Source of the DNA: Curvularia clavata
Taxonomy: Eukaryota
Length of the DNA stretch: 64,000 nt
Assembly: GCA_023920165.1 (NCBI GenBank)
Contig: CP089274.1
Coordinates: 3,224,001-3,288,000 of the forward strand
Direction of reading: 5' to 3'
A program made the position numbers and the translations under genes. Under the pieces are notes generated by a model that saw only the letters and a list, made by a program, of their open reading frames with translations, was not told the origin of the DNA and did no database searches. Shown piece after piece: positions 38,287 to 51,903 of the stretch; the first letter of the stretch is position 1, and each line of letters opens with the position of its first letter.

Positions 38287-41200
38287 TTACCATCTTCCCG
38301 GTCCAAATGTCTCGCCTTTTGGTACTTCTTTGTAAGGACACGCTTGCCAATCGCAGCCCTAAATGGTAACGTTAGCATATTTTATGAAATATGCGACGGT
38401 GCAAAAGACAAACAGCGTTCTTACCTGTTTGTAAACTTCTGTGCCCCACCACTTGAACCCGCTCATCCACCCAGGATACACGATGCCGAAGAAGATGACG
38501 ACGACACCAAAGGCGAGCCCAGAATCCAGTGCGGCGCTCAGCATCATGTTGTATTTCTTCCACCAGGCGTTCTTCCGGTTCTTGATCTCGTAGTTGAACA
38601 AGTAGCATACCATGGCCCAGACGGAGAAGTTGAGTCCCGTAGCTGGTGGAATCCAGCTAAGACTACCAAAAACGACTGCCAGGTTGACTTTGCTGAGGAT
38701 GGACTTGCGATCCCCGCGAGCAAGGTAGTACAGGATGACAGGTGCTATGGCGCCGATGGGGAAGGCCCAAACAAGATGTTGGTATAGGGCGCCTGGACCA
38801 AAGAATTTGCCTGGACCAACGACACCCCATAGAATGCTGCCGTTAAAGTGAACGCGCGCGATCGGACAATTGAACCCGTTAATGGCCTGGGCCGTGCAGA
38901 TTCCAGGAATGAAATTGAGCATCCAATTCAGCACACCAATCTGGGTGAGACTCGAGACGATGGTGACGGTAAGCTGCAGCTTGAAAAGGATTCGTGGTGG
39001 AATTTTCATATAGTGACCGAGCTTGAGGTCGGAGGCAAACTTCAAACCTTGTGTCGCTGAAATATATCCAAAGGTCGTGAACACCATGTTGGCGACTGGT
39101 CGACCAGGGAATATGACGCCGCAGATGAGTTGACAGATGAGATAGATGCTGCTTTGTTGGTTCGTGATGGCCATGACGATACCGATGGGTATGAACAGCA
39201 CCGCGCCGATCCCGAGTGCTAGCAACAGGCCGTACCAAGGCAAATGGACAGGGTAGTACTCGACAACGAACATGCCGACGGCTGCCATGCTGACACCCGT
39301 CAGAATGTACCAAGCAATGGGCACATCTTCGTATCGTCGCATCAAACGGTTATGTACGTCTTCGGCAGACAAAAGGTCTTCGACATCTGGCTCGGAATTG
39401 GGACTGAGCCTTTGTGAAAACGCAGCGGGAGACGTAGGGCTTGTGTTAGATTCCGACTCATTGGCCAATGGCTGATAATCAGCAGCGGATTCTTTTCTTA
39501 TTTCGGCCCACGAGCGACGCCATTGCCTCCAGATATCCTTTCCATACCAGAGTCCAGTGTGCGAAAGGAGAGCAGTAAGGCCGGCGAATTGGAGAGCATA
39601 GCTCAGCACGTACGTAATGGGGAGGTATACTCGGCTGTAGTTCTTGTACGCCTCTTCATCAAATAGGAAGTTTTCCGTCAGGATCTTACTGACATCATAC
39701 GGCTTTCCACGGTTGTCCCAGACGACAGAGGAGAGGATGGGCATGTAGGATGAGTAGAGCACATTCTTGTAGTCTTCACTGTGTCAGCACCAAAAAAACA
39801 GAGTTGCCGCAAGATACCTACACATGATTGGTGCCGCAATCCACATGACACCAACGAGTCCTCCGAGAATGTTCATGGCAGCCCAAAATGGTGTGATCAA
39901 TGGGGATCCGATGTAGGCAATTTGTGCCCAGTCAAAAGTCAGGGGGAACAGTCCAAGGCCCGATGAGATTCCGAACTGCAGGGTGTGAGCAAGCGTCTTC
40001 GGCAACCTTAGCAAGTATGACATACCAGGTTAGCGACAACAACGTTTTTGGGAGCAAACCAAGTAAGCACATTGAAGTAGCTCAGTGCAGGGAACAGCAA
40101 GCCAGGAAGGAAGTAAAAGGCAACAGATCCTAGAAAGATGCGGACAAAGAACTTGCGTGGTGCAATTGTCCAGCCATCAGCAGGTTTGTTCTCGTCCTTG
40201 TGCAATGCAGTGAACATGGCAGTGGAAACCAAGGTACTTGGCCATATCATACCACTGGGACGGACGAGATAGCGCCTGGTGATACCAGCAAGTGAGTAGC
40301 CCAGTATCTGGGTGGAGAGAATGAGCAATACTTGGTACATGATACCGAGGTCTTGGTGGTAGAACTTGACTTGTTCGACAATGACCTGTGGATGTTAGCT
40401 CTGAACAGGGGCAGCTTGCTGGGTCACACACATCAGTGGCGAAGGCAAAGCCAAAAGACACATTACTGCTGACATAGACGCAACAGTGTTCTTTTTCATT
40501 CCATCGTCCCTGTGCGAGCCAGAGGCGTGTGCGACGCATCCAGCTAGCTTTTGGTTGCGAGGAGGGTGATGTCGTCTGGACGCATCCATCGACAAAGGTT
40601 TCGTCAGGGTCATCTGGTCGTTTAAAGATTTGGTCCCAAAATAGGCCCATGGGGTGGACAAGCAGAAGAGCAATAATAGGAGTCAGGCTAACACTAGGGT
40701 ATCGTAGGGAAAAGAACAGGTTGGTGGAAGAGCCAGCAATGGAAAAGATGATAGACAGGAACCACATGCGAGGGGTATCAATAGACAGGGAGAGGTTGTC
40801 AGTGGCAGCCACCGAGGCCCTTACTTGGGCATAGGGCGAATTATCGGATGGGTTTCCCTTCATATCGTGCAAGCCAGTGTCGTCGTCGTCGTCGTTGTCA
40901 GTGCCATCATTGTCTAGGGTAGTGGTTGACGAGGTTGAGCTGTCAAACAGTGGCGCGCCCGCCGTAGAAGGGTCGAGTGCGCTGGTGTTGAAACGGGATT
41001 CCTCGTGGCCCCCAGAGGCTACACCGAGAGTGGTACTGCTACGGCTGGCGTCTCCTGTTCTGTGACGGGACCTGGTGGTACTGGACGACGACTCACAGTT
41101 GGCAAGCCTACTCTTGCCCTTTATTTTTGGCAAGGCAGCATCATCACTCAGACTACCCGGGCTAGGAGTCTCTGGACTCGAAGAAAGAATGGGCAGCACG

Positions 41201-41638
41201 CCATATGAGCCTGGGGGAGCAGTCAGCACGTGCAGCAGCAGCAGCGAGATGCGGTGCGCCGTGTGCGCCATTACTCCTGTGCGCCGATCCCAAGAGGAGA
41301 GGGTGCTATGTAGTCAGTGGGCGCGCGTCGCAAGGCATTAGCTTACCTGTACCCTGCGCCGGGCTCGACCGCATCAAAAGGGGTACCCTCGACATGGTGG
41401 TGCAGAGGGAGTGTGGAGGGGAGTCGGGACACACTGGCGACGGACCTGGGTCGTCATGAGAAGGGGTTTGAAGCGTGGCTCGGTCTGTTGCTTTTGCAGC
41501 CAGGGCCTGTAACTCGTAGCTGACTGTGACGGTGGAACGCACGGGGCGAGACGGGTGGCGCGTGTCTCGGGAGGGACGGACGCTGGCAGGCGGCGAGGAG
41601 GCAAGTGGCAGAGGCTGGCGCCCGGCCTCGTTAGCCAT
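38287..41638 (-). CDS. OPT-family oligopeptide transporter; several introns; start approximate
   Basis: NSPYAQVRASV, WNEKEH, MIWPSTL, TFDWAQI, DLKLGHYMKIPPR, SAALDSG motifs; last exon GCDWQACP...PGRW*. Confidence 0.88.
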
Positions 41639-42966
41639 ATGTACTGGGGGCGTATCCACCAGCGTCGCCAATGCTGGAGCAGTCGACAGCTTCACGCGGC
41701 TCAGTGATCAGACGATCAGATAATTGCTCGACAGGTGCCGATGCGTTGGGTGGCTGGATGGGGTGCATCTGATTAGACGGCCCCACGTGCGCCCGCGACT
41801 GCCAGGTCAATGACGAAAATTTATCCGGAACCGGCCAATCATGCCCGCCGCTGCTTCGCATCAGGCGGTTAGATCCGACCCAGCATGCCGCCATCGCAGG
41901 GACACAGCACCAAACCCACGGTCAAGACAGCACAATGTATCCATAGCCGCCTCGTCGCAGCGGTGAATCAAGTATCGATACACTCTTCGCCTCTCTAGCA
42001 CAAGCGCTGCACGCGCCACACCACCATGCCTCCCTGGTCGACACCACTCGCTACAAATCTTTAGCGTCACATGACCCGGTCATCCTGCTGTATACACAAG
42101 CATTTCAGAGTCATCGCAGCCTGATGTCATCTCCGCTGTCAATGCATGCGGGCTCTAAGGCGGCCAATGACAAGAGTAGACAAGTCTTGTTACAGCCCAA
42201 GTGCAGGCACCAAGCTTTCTTCGCTAGTGGGGCGCTATCCTACATACACCACACCGCAACCGAGACAAGACTACCATTCGCGACGACTGCTGTCAATCGA
42301 GGCCAATGGACAAGTGTAGAAGTAGGGACAAGTGGAACAACGGAAAAAGAAAAAGACAGGCTTGAAGCCGGTGATTCTCCAGCCATGATATAATACTGGC
42401 CAATCCAACCTTGCATCTCCGTGCTGGGTAACACTTGCACCAGCCCCTCTGCTCTGCCTCTGTCTCGTTACTAGCACTCATGTCCGCCATGTCCGCCATG
42501 TCCGACCACTTGTCTCGTCGCACATCTGCTCTTACTTTTTCCTGCGGGAAATGGTCCGCATGTGCTTAGTCTCTCATCAGGCAACCAGCGTATGCCTACA
42601 TCTGCCTTCTGACTCGTCAATTGGGAGGCTATGCTCCACGGATATAAGGACGAAGAGTAATTTAGTATGTCAACAAGTAAGCCGTGCCCGTATTTCTGTA
42701 GGTTTCACCCTCTTCAACGCCACAACTACGTGGCGACACCAATCAACAAATACGCAAAATAAGCACCATCTGTTAAGCGACATCTCTTGCATCGAAATGT
42801 AGATGACAAACGACCAACTACGCCCGGCTTGATACGTAAGCCATGGTCTTCGTCATCGAGGTACAGCCCGCAGTGTCGACACCGCGTCTTGATATAGAGG
42901 CTTCTCTTGTATAAGAAGGGCGTCCAGCATGGAGAGACTGAATCCTCATCTTGTTCGCAAAGCATC

Positions 42967-44698
42967 ATGGCGCGCTCAGTACTTTTCATCAGTTTGTTAT
43001 TGGCCTCATTGTCCGCCGCACTTAGCGGCCGCGATGCTACAGACATGGTCTTTTCCTTTGACGATGTACTTGTTCCTACTCTGTTGCCTGAATGTTTACT
43101 GACCCTCTAGGTAAAACCAAACACCGACCTGGTATGGACACCATGCTACACAAACTTCACCTGTGCGCGCCTGGTTGTTCCTCTAGACTATGCCGACCCT
43201 GCAACTGGCAACACGACAATCGCATACATCAAGCTCCCGTCGCCTAATCAGCCAACTGAAGACATTCTTTTCAACCCCGGTGGGCCTGGCGGCTCTGGAG
43301 TCGATACCGTCTTGCATAACAGTGCCGAGCTAGTTGACAAACTAGGCACGGGATACAACATCATCGGTTTTGATCCTAGGGGCGTCAACAACAGCGGCCC
43401 GAGTCTCGAATGCTTTCCAAACAATCCAGTAGGAGAGCAGCAGTTTGCCGCAGACTTCCAAAGGCCTATCAACAGCCGGTCTCCCGAGTCTGTTGCACGA
43501 GCCTTTGAAATCATGGGCGCGTGGGGAGATTGGTGCTCAGATGTGCATCGCAATGGGTCGGCAAAGTACGCTGGCACTGTGGCTAATGCAAACGACATGC
43601 TCAACTATGTAGAGAAAAAGGCCACTGCTGAGGGAAAGAATGCAGATGATGCAAAACTCTGGTACTGGGGCGTCAGTTACGGCTCTGTCCTAGGTGCGAC
43701 GTACGCAACCTTGTTCCCAAATCGCATTGGACGACTCATCCTGGATGGTGTCGTTGACACCGATACATTCTACAAGGGAAACTGGGGCGACCTGAGTCAG
43801 TCCGACGACGCCGTCATGAACTTTGCGACCACATGCCACGCCGCCGGAGCAGACAAATGTGCCTTCTATTCGTCAACTCCCCATGAAATCATCGCACGCA
43901 TGCGCACCATCTTCGAGGACCTACGACGAGACCCGCTCTACATCGCCGACCCAGCCATCAACCCCATCCCCACCCTCATCACCTACGAGGACCTCGCCTT
44001 CACCCTGTTCAACTACGTCTACCTCCCCGTCCTCGGCTTCCCCGTCCTCGCCACCATCTTCGCCGACCTAGCTAACCGCAACGCCTCCTCGCTCGCCCTC
44101 TCCCTCCAAGCTCAGCCCCCCACTGCCCTCAACTACGGCATTCTCGTCGCCTGCATCGATAGCGACAAAGTCCCTGGTGCTACCAACATTTCTTCTTTGG
44201 CCCTGTGGCAGGAGCACATCGATGAGGTTAACGCAGAGTCTACGTGGGCCGGCGATGTCTGGGCTACTGTAGCCTTGATCTGTAGGACAATGGATCTGGA
44301 ACCCCCGCAGAGCCAAAAGTTTCTACAGCCTGCTGGGGCAAAGAACACGAGTTTCCCGATTTTGTTTATTGGAAACACTATTGATCCGATTACGCCAGCT
44401 ACTGGGTACGTTTTCGTCTTTGTTTTCTTACTTCATCATGTCCTTGTTCATTCAGTTTGCCCTTTTTCTTTCTTAAAAGACGAGTTTGGCTAATGGTTTG
44501 GATGTACACAGAGCACGCAAAGTGTCGAGCCTCTTCCCCGGCTCCGTCGTCTTGATTCAGGATTCTGTCGGCCACACGTCGCTCGCTGCGAGCTCAAAGT
44601 GTACGGCACAGAATGTGCAGGCTTATTTGAAAGGTAACCTGCCTGTGGCAAATACAACGTGTGAAGTGGAGAGTGTGCCGTTTCTTACGGCAGTATGA
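42967..44698 (+). CDS. Secreted alpha/beta hydrolase, tripeptidyl-aminopeptidase (TAP)-like; 2 introns
   Basis: Signal peptide; CARLVVPLDY, NPGGPGGSG, GFDPRGV, nucleophile GVSYG, LDGV, DPITP, GH catalytic His. Confidence 0.88.
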
Positions 44699-44865
44699 GT
44701 TGGTAAGAAAGAAAAAGAGGTAAAGGGGTATGACAGAAAGGAGTAATGAGGTCGAGCTAGAGTTACAAGCTGAATTATAAAAATAATGTACATGTAATTC
44801 CACTTATTTTACAGCTGGGTATTTGTACAGATAGCAGGCTCAGCGCGACGTAACCTAATTCACAT

Positions 44866-46341
44866 TCACATGCCCCGGGCCCTCTTTCCCGCCGCCAAGC
44901 TCTCTACCATACTAATCGCGCCCTCGGGACCATCCTTATTATACAAAAACAATCCCTGCAGCGCCGCCGTACTCACGCTATCCACAAGCTCCAGTTCTCT
45001 AGCCTTTGCCATGAACCTCTTCTTCGCCTCCCCACTGGTATCAAAGTCGGCGTAGAAGCGATCCCACAGCTGCTCAATCTGATACTCTGTTGCTTCGCCC
45101 AGGCGGACCGTCATGTCGACGCGGCCGGGACGGACGAGAGCTTCGTCCAGTCTCTCGATGTGGTTAGTGGTGAGAAAGATGATGCGTTCTTCGGCGCTGG
45201 CGACTCCGTCTAGAGCGTTAAGAAGGCCAGAGAAGGTGACTGAGGCGCTTGCATATCCATCTGCACCAGGCGTTTTCCGGTTCATGAAAGCGACGTCTAC
45301 GTCTTCGAGCAGCACCACGGTGCGGCGGGGAACTTTGGTCAGTAAATGGTTCAGCCTGTCGTCTGTGAGGCCACGCTCGCTGACGTTGAGAATGGCAATG
45401 TTGAAGTCGAGATGGCCTGCAACCGCTTGGATAAAAGAGCTCTTGCCGGTGCCAGGAGGGCCGTACAGCAGATAGCCTCTGCGATAAGGTATACCCCGGT
45501 CCAAGTACCACTTGCGAGACGAAATGAAAGCCTCCATGTCCTCGACTATGCGCTCCTTGACGCCGCGCTCAAGAACGACAGAGTCCAAAGGCCGCTTCCG
45601 CTTTGCGTCGCCAAATTGTTGCCACATGGTGCCCATGGAGTTGTATATGACTGTCTTGCCTTCTTGTGATTGCTGGTATATCTGGTGCGCCTCGGCGAAG
45701 ATGTCTTCGAAGATGTCGCGGTGCGAATATAGTGTGGTGAGGTTGATGGTCTCAAAGGGAATGCCATCTTTTACATTGAGGCTGTTTCGCTCCCGCTGCC
45801 GGTCGACGAGAATAAAGGCGTTCTTGTAGCGCAGAAAGTGCTTGCCCGGGCCCGGTACAAAAGAGAAGTGGGCTGCGTGCGAGGGTCCGTCAGGCGGCGT
45901 GTATGTCTGCACCTGCAAGTGGTGCATGCGCGGGTCGATACGATTGAGGACTCTGGAGAGGATGCTGTTGTGAGCCAATGGTCTGACGCCGGTTTGCTGC
46001 GCCCGATGGTAGTTTGTCATCCATTGGAGGACCCAAGGGTAAGCGTCGTCGTGGCGAGTGATTTCGAGGTCGACAAGCATGCGGCGCTTGATGAAAGCGG
46101 CGCCATGCTGCAGTCCCTTCTGGCCTGTCCGTGCCGCAACCCCAAGCGCAGCGAGGCCGAAGCCCTATGGCATCTGTGAGCACACGTCCGTCGAGTATAC
46201 ACAGACATGGGTAGCAGTTCATACGGCAGTAAAGAAGGGGTTGTCGGTGACTTGGGACAAGAGCGAGGCTGAGCTGTCGCTGCCGCTGGCTGCGGCGGTA
46301 ACGTGCTTCGCCAGCTGGTGTTGTGGCGCGTTGGGTTCCAT
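44866..46341 (-). CDS. BCS1: Mitochondrial AAA chaperone BCS1; one intron near 46174-46224
   Basis: NPFFTA/GFGLA TM region, RGIPYRRGYLLYGPPGTGKS, LLEDVD, TFSGLLNALDGV, LVRPGRVD. Confidence 0.93.
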
Positions 46342-47171
46342 GGGCTGGAGGGGATCTCGCAGCATTATGTATAGAAATTTGATAGGCCCCAGACGCTACG
46401 TCACTAGCGCACCTTGCCCGCCTGCAGTGCTGCCATGTAAGCAAGACTAATAGTAGCGAGCACTAGGTAAAAAAAAGTGTAAAATTGATTCATGCCCCCT
46501 ACTACCTATATTTATATGGGCGAGTAGTACGCTCCCATGGGACGCCAGCGCTGCTTCTTGGGGTGCGCCCCGCCCTTGGTGGGGTGTTGGGTAGCCTACC
46601 ACTCTGTTGACAAAATACTAATAGAACTCGAAGATGGCTTAGTCCACCACCACGGCAACAGTCTACTTAATTAATTATTGTATTGGCAAAATGTACTTGT
46701 AGATACTCTGAGACAGATATAATAAACTTTGTGTAGTGGGGGAGATCTACTTGTGAAGAGTTAAACTTGGTAGATTGATGTAGTTTGGTGGCGCGGAGTC
46801 CCGGCATTTCTGTCAACGGGGTGCCTACACAAGATTCATGGGGGCCTTCACGCTGGTGGGCTAAGTTGGATGCTGTATGAGAATATAGTGTACTATGTGA
46901 GTGAGGATGAAAGAAACATGAGAAAACTAAAGAAAAACACCATCTCGTCCTAAGACGTCCAAGCTGCATGGGAATCCGGGGTAGGGCAAGGCGATCGCCC
47001 TTTCCCAGCGCTGTGGAGTCGCGGTAATCGGCAGTGCAGCACTAGGGCGGCGCTTGGGCTGGCGCCCGTTAGTGATAGATAGCCACGATACTGCCCCCTC
47101 GCATTGCCTTGCCCCAACTCTTGTGCAAACCTCTTGGACTGCGGGCCCCAGTCCCTCTTCTCCTGCGTGCC

Positions 47172-48709
47172 ATGGCCTCCGTCACCATAAGCAGATCCTA
47201 TTTTGACACTCTTGTACGCAGGTGGGTTACTACATCCACCACTTGAACCACTCGTGGCCTACGCGATTGCTGACTAGACCCCTAGGGCCCAACATGTTAG
47301 TATATTCTCAGCTCATACCCCACCTTTTAGCTGACATGGACTGCTAGCATGCTTCTACTCAGCCTGCCCAGTACGGTACTGGTCTTTCAGATCATGTCAC
47401 AATCAGTAAGGCGGAGCATGACCATATGGTGCGTTGCTTCTTTTCCAGTACTGCCTCAGGCGATTTCATCATTCTGTCTTGTTTCTTTATCCTGTTGCTT
47501 CCATTCTCCTCTCCAGCTCATACACTAACAAACCTTTTATCATAGGTTCAAGCGTTGCGAGAATATCGTACGTACAATTTACCCCAGCGCGGTGTTTACC
47601 ATGATTTTATCGTGACCCTGCGTTCAATTGAATGCTGTCTGACAGGATCTAGATCTCCTGAAAAGCGCTCTGTTCCGCGGAGGGCTGACTGTCGAGACAC
47701 TCGAGACTCTGCTCCAAGACGAGGATGGCGCCGCAGACGAAGAGCCATTGGGATACGATCATGGGTTAGAGCATACACCCTTCGGGGCCAGGGCTACATC
47801 TGGTAGTCGATATAACCAAGGCACTGCCGGCTACGATAAACACTCGGCAGCAACCCGTTCGTTCCATCATGGATATGGAGAGGCTGAGCCTTTCACATGG
47901 AGTCCAGAAAATCCGCAAGATGACTATGAAGACAACCAGACTCAGTCACTCAATCGTCACATACCACTTCTGGACAGACGGACCATACTCGTCACGAATC
48001 TCCCCGAACGCGCTACTCATAAAGATCTGGTGAGCGTCATTCGTGGCGGAAGACTTCTTGACGTATTCCTCCGCAACGATCGATCTGCGACCGTCGCATT
48101 TTTTGAAGGCGCTGCAGAGTTTCTCGCATACACCAAGCGAAACGACATCTATCTACACACAAAGAGGGTAAGCCGGGCCCTATTGGGTTTTCAGCGCCAA
48201 ACTGATCTTGTCAGCTCGAGTTCCGCTGGAACGATAGACAGTTTCACGTACCGCCACACGTAGCTACCAAGATAGCCAATGGCGCCACCCGAAACCTCGT
48301 GGTACGTGGCATTGCAGGAAAATTCACGGCAGACCAGATCCGAGATCAGCTAGATCACATTCACAACCTAGTTGTGATTGACATCTATTTCAAGAACAAG
48401 GATGCATACATATCAACAAACTCTATCCACAATGCGCTTTTCGCGAGGACTTGCATGATGTCCCGTACTGGGTACAAAGGCATACGCATTGAACACTATC
48501 CGGACGAGTGCGCTGAGCCCCTGCGCCAACCTATGAGAGTCTCCGCTCACGTTCAACATGCCTCCCTAAAGCCTGCAACCCCAGTCAATCAGTTCGCTCT
48601 TCTTGAGATTGAAACCGACGATGACGACTCTGAGGAGGAACAAGACTCGTACAAGATCCATAGTGTGAACGTTGGTGGCTGTCATTTGGCTGATGGTATA
48701 ACAGCATAG
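47172..48709 (+). CDS. Two-RRM RNA-binding protein (Nrd1-like fungal family); 6 exons including micro-exons
   Basis: RRTILVTNLP...IRGGRLLD; ATRNLVVR..IRDQLDHIHNLVVID..NSIHNALFARTCMMSR..YPDECA; canonical splice sites keep frame. Confidence 0.75.
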
Positions 48710-49338
48710 CCCAATTCACAAGCGGTTCCTCGCCAGTTCCAGCCCGCTGCAGCTGAGATTTCAACGATCTAATCGGCATTCTTCTTCGAAGGTCAGATCA
48801 AGCTGAGCAAACCTTTTCTGCGACATGATAGTTTCGAAGGAGGCAAGACCCAATGTTTGCTCACTCCAAACATTTCCAATGATAGCATGAACCAGTCAGT
48901 TCATAGGCGTTTACTACGGAGTTTCTTTCAGCCCGCACATATCGTACCCAGAATAATGGTATGGATGTGTAAGTTCATCCGGGGGTGGTGTTCGGTGTAC
49001 CTACTATAGGCGTTTTCTCTGGTTCCTTATTGTCCTGCCTCAATACCCTTTTACTGACATAGTTTCTCCTCAGAGACCAGCTTTTAATAATGAACTTGAT
49101 GATTGCGCTACATCTTGTGATATCCCATACTTGTGGTTGAAATGCTATCAAGCCCAAGCATATTCGCTTATGCAGCTCCTCTGGCTAGCAGATGCTAGCC
49201 CCGCATGATTGGCACGTCACGGAGCCGCCATCCTTATCCATGTCTCCACCTGAGCGCCATACATAAGCCAGCTTGGCCTCGGGAACGTTACTAACGTCAA
49301 TTGCCGTATCAAAGCACCAGCGACCAGAAAATAGAAAC

Positions 49339-50444
49339 ATGGCTCCCATTGTCAAAGTAGCCGTCATTCAGCTCTACCCAAAAGTACAGATTACCCCACA
49401 CTTGACTACATCCCCACCCCCATCCCCACCCCCTGCCCCCACTTCCACGCTCCTTGTGGCCCCTTACTGCATGCACAATTCGATCCATTAGAAGCATTGC
49501 GACTGACCTTGGTAGCCTCTATCACCCGAACATAACTTCAACAAGGCGGCCTCACTCATCCGCTCCGCAGCCGCTCAGGGCGCGGAGCTAGCCGTCTTGC
49601 CTGAGTATCACCTAACTAACTGGAAGCCTAAAGATCCCGAGTTTCTATCCGTGGTAGAGAGTTGCGCGGGCTACCTCGAGAAGTACAAGCAGTTAGCACG
49701 AGAATGCGGGATATGTAAGTGTTCCTATTTCACCGACATGATGCCATGTTGTCGCTATTGCTGACAAAAGGATTATAACCAGGCATCGTCCCCGGCACAA
49801 TTGTCGAAAGCCACAAGGAAAACGAAAAAGAGCAGGACCGACTTCTCAACGTATGCTACTTCATCGACCACCAAGGCAACGTCATCGGCAAATATGTGAA
49901 GAAGAACCTATGGGGACCTGAGCGCGATCACCTCACTGGCTCTGGCCGCGACATTCACGAGGTCTTTGACACGCCCATTGGCAAAGTCGGGCTCCTAATC
50001 TGCTGGGACCTTGCATTTCCCGAAGCCTTCCGCGAGCTCATTGCCCAGGGTGCCAAAATCATCATCATTCCTACTTTCTGGACACTGAACGATTGTAACG
50101 AGGCTGGGCTGAAGCAGAATCCCGCCGCCGAGGCGCTCTTCCTTGACTCGATTCTCACAGCTCGCGCGTTTGAAAATACGTGTGCGGTTGTGTTTGCGAA
50201 TGCGGGAGGGCCGGCGGGTAAAGGGTATGCGGGGCTCAGCCAGGTCACGGTGCCGTTTGTGGGCGCGCTGTCGAAGTTGGGTGGTGCGGCGGAGGGCATG
50301 AGTGTCGTGGATATCGACATGCAGGTGCTTGAGGATGCAGAGGCGAATTATCAGGTTAGGGCTGATTTGGCCAAGGATGACTGGCACTATGATTACAGGC
50401 ATGGGAAGGGGGGTCCCACGAGAGGCGGCAAGGAGAAGCTGTAA
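49339..50444 (+). CDS. Carbon-nitrogen hydrolase (nitrilase superfamily); 2 introns
   Basis: KVAVIQ, catalytic E (LPEY), K (KKNLW), C (ICWD), RAFEN. Confidence 0.88.
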
Positions 50445-50782
50445 ATGGGCCGGGGTTGGATCTAGTCCCCTTTATTTGGGTATGTTGTGATGTGGTATCG
50501 TAGATTGCTCTTTCAGCAGTTGTTTGGATTTAGGCTTGAATGTTAAGTACATGCTTGGTATATAACGGAAGTGGAAGTTGAAAAGACGAGAAAAGGGAAG
50601 AGACAGTCAAGAAAAAGACACAATATCGCCAACTCCTACCCAACGCCTTCGTACCGTTTAGTCATTTTGTACACATTGGGCCTTGGTGGAGGTCTTACAA
50701 CACAACTCACAGTAGCGCCGTCACTGGCCAGACTGGCGGGTGCCTCGTATGCTCTTTCTTTACTTTAATAGTTGTTGCTTCT

Positions 50783-51274
50783 TCAACTCTGGTTAGAGTT
50801 CGTATCGTCACTATCCAACGGTTCACTGATCAAGCCCAAGCCCACGTCCCTGTAAGTCATTCCCGCACGATCGGTACTCCATGTCTCGCCAATGACTATA
50901 ATCCTCGTCTTCCCGTTCTCGAGAAAGTTGGCCTCGTCTCGCGTCAGCTTGTCGGCCGTCTCCTTGGCATACACATTGCGGTAGAAGACGCGGAAATGCG
51001 CCTCGTCTTCAAACGTCGTCTCGGAGATGCAATCGTAGTCAGAGCTATCGTCAACGAGGCCGCGCAGCATCAGGGGCGGCCGGTCAGGATTTGCGGGTCC
51101 TCCAAAGCCCTTCCGATTGATCCGGGCTAGGTACCGGCGCTGGAAGGAAACGGGCCAGCAGTGGGATAGCATCGAGTAAGCCAAAGGAATATGTACTTTT
51201 TCGTAGTGGTCTCTGAATTCCTCTGAGCTGATGTTGTGGTGGCGGGTCAGGAAGAGCATGACGGTGTATGCCAT
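50783..51274 (-). CDS. EthD-domain (dimeric alpha/beta barrel) protein
   Basis: EEFRDHYEKVHIPL, YDCISETTFED, DEANFL pattern. Confidence 0.75.
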   Translation of the reverse strand: MAYTVMLFLTRHHNISSEEFRDHYEKVHIPLAYSMLSHCWPVSFQRRYLARINRKGFGGPANPDRPPLMLRGLVDDSSDYDCISETTFEDEAHFRVFYRNVYAKETADKLTRDEANFLENGKTRIIVIGETWSTDRAGMTYRDVGLGLISEPLDSDDTNSNQS

Positions 51275-51903
51275 GCTTGACTGGGGACTGGGGGTGCGGG
51301 GATCAAGACGGGAGAGGTGAGATAGCGAGAGAGGAGAGATAGGAAAAGAGGAGAGATGAGATTTTGGTTCCAGGGACCTGTCCAGCGGCTTGGGTTTCTT
51401 ATCTAAGTGGTTTTTTATTTTGCTTTTATTTTGCTCTTGTCCTTTACGAGGGTTTTTAGGTATAGTACTTCGCGCCGACTGTTCTTTAAGGCTTATGAGG
51501 CGCCACCAGGGAGTGGTTGCGCTAGGGCCAGGCTACGGACCTGAGGCCGTCGAGTGCCATGGGTTCCTCGTATTGGACCATGTCTGTACGCTTTGCACCA
51601 GCTGAGGAATGGGTGAGTCGAGAGCGCAGAACGTGTCGGCAAAGGTGCCGTAGTAGGACGATGGCCAGCCGTGTGTGTGTGTGGCCAGGCCCTGGCAACC
51701 GTCTTGTACAATGCACGCATGTCGTTAGAGTTAGGCTCGAGGGCGGGCGGTGCCTATCGATAAGACACTAGCAACGCGCACAGAACAGAACGCCAAAATT
51801 GCAGCAGGCCAAGGTGGGGGGTTTTGGAAGCTGCGCCCACCACGACGACGACACGACAATCCCACCGTCACCCAACCCCCCTCCGCCGTTCGCATATCCC
51901 AAC

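Noticed and set aside
42480..42507. ATGTCCGCC x ~3 short repeat in the OPT/TAP divergent promoter
   Set aside because: Too short to assign any function
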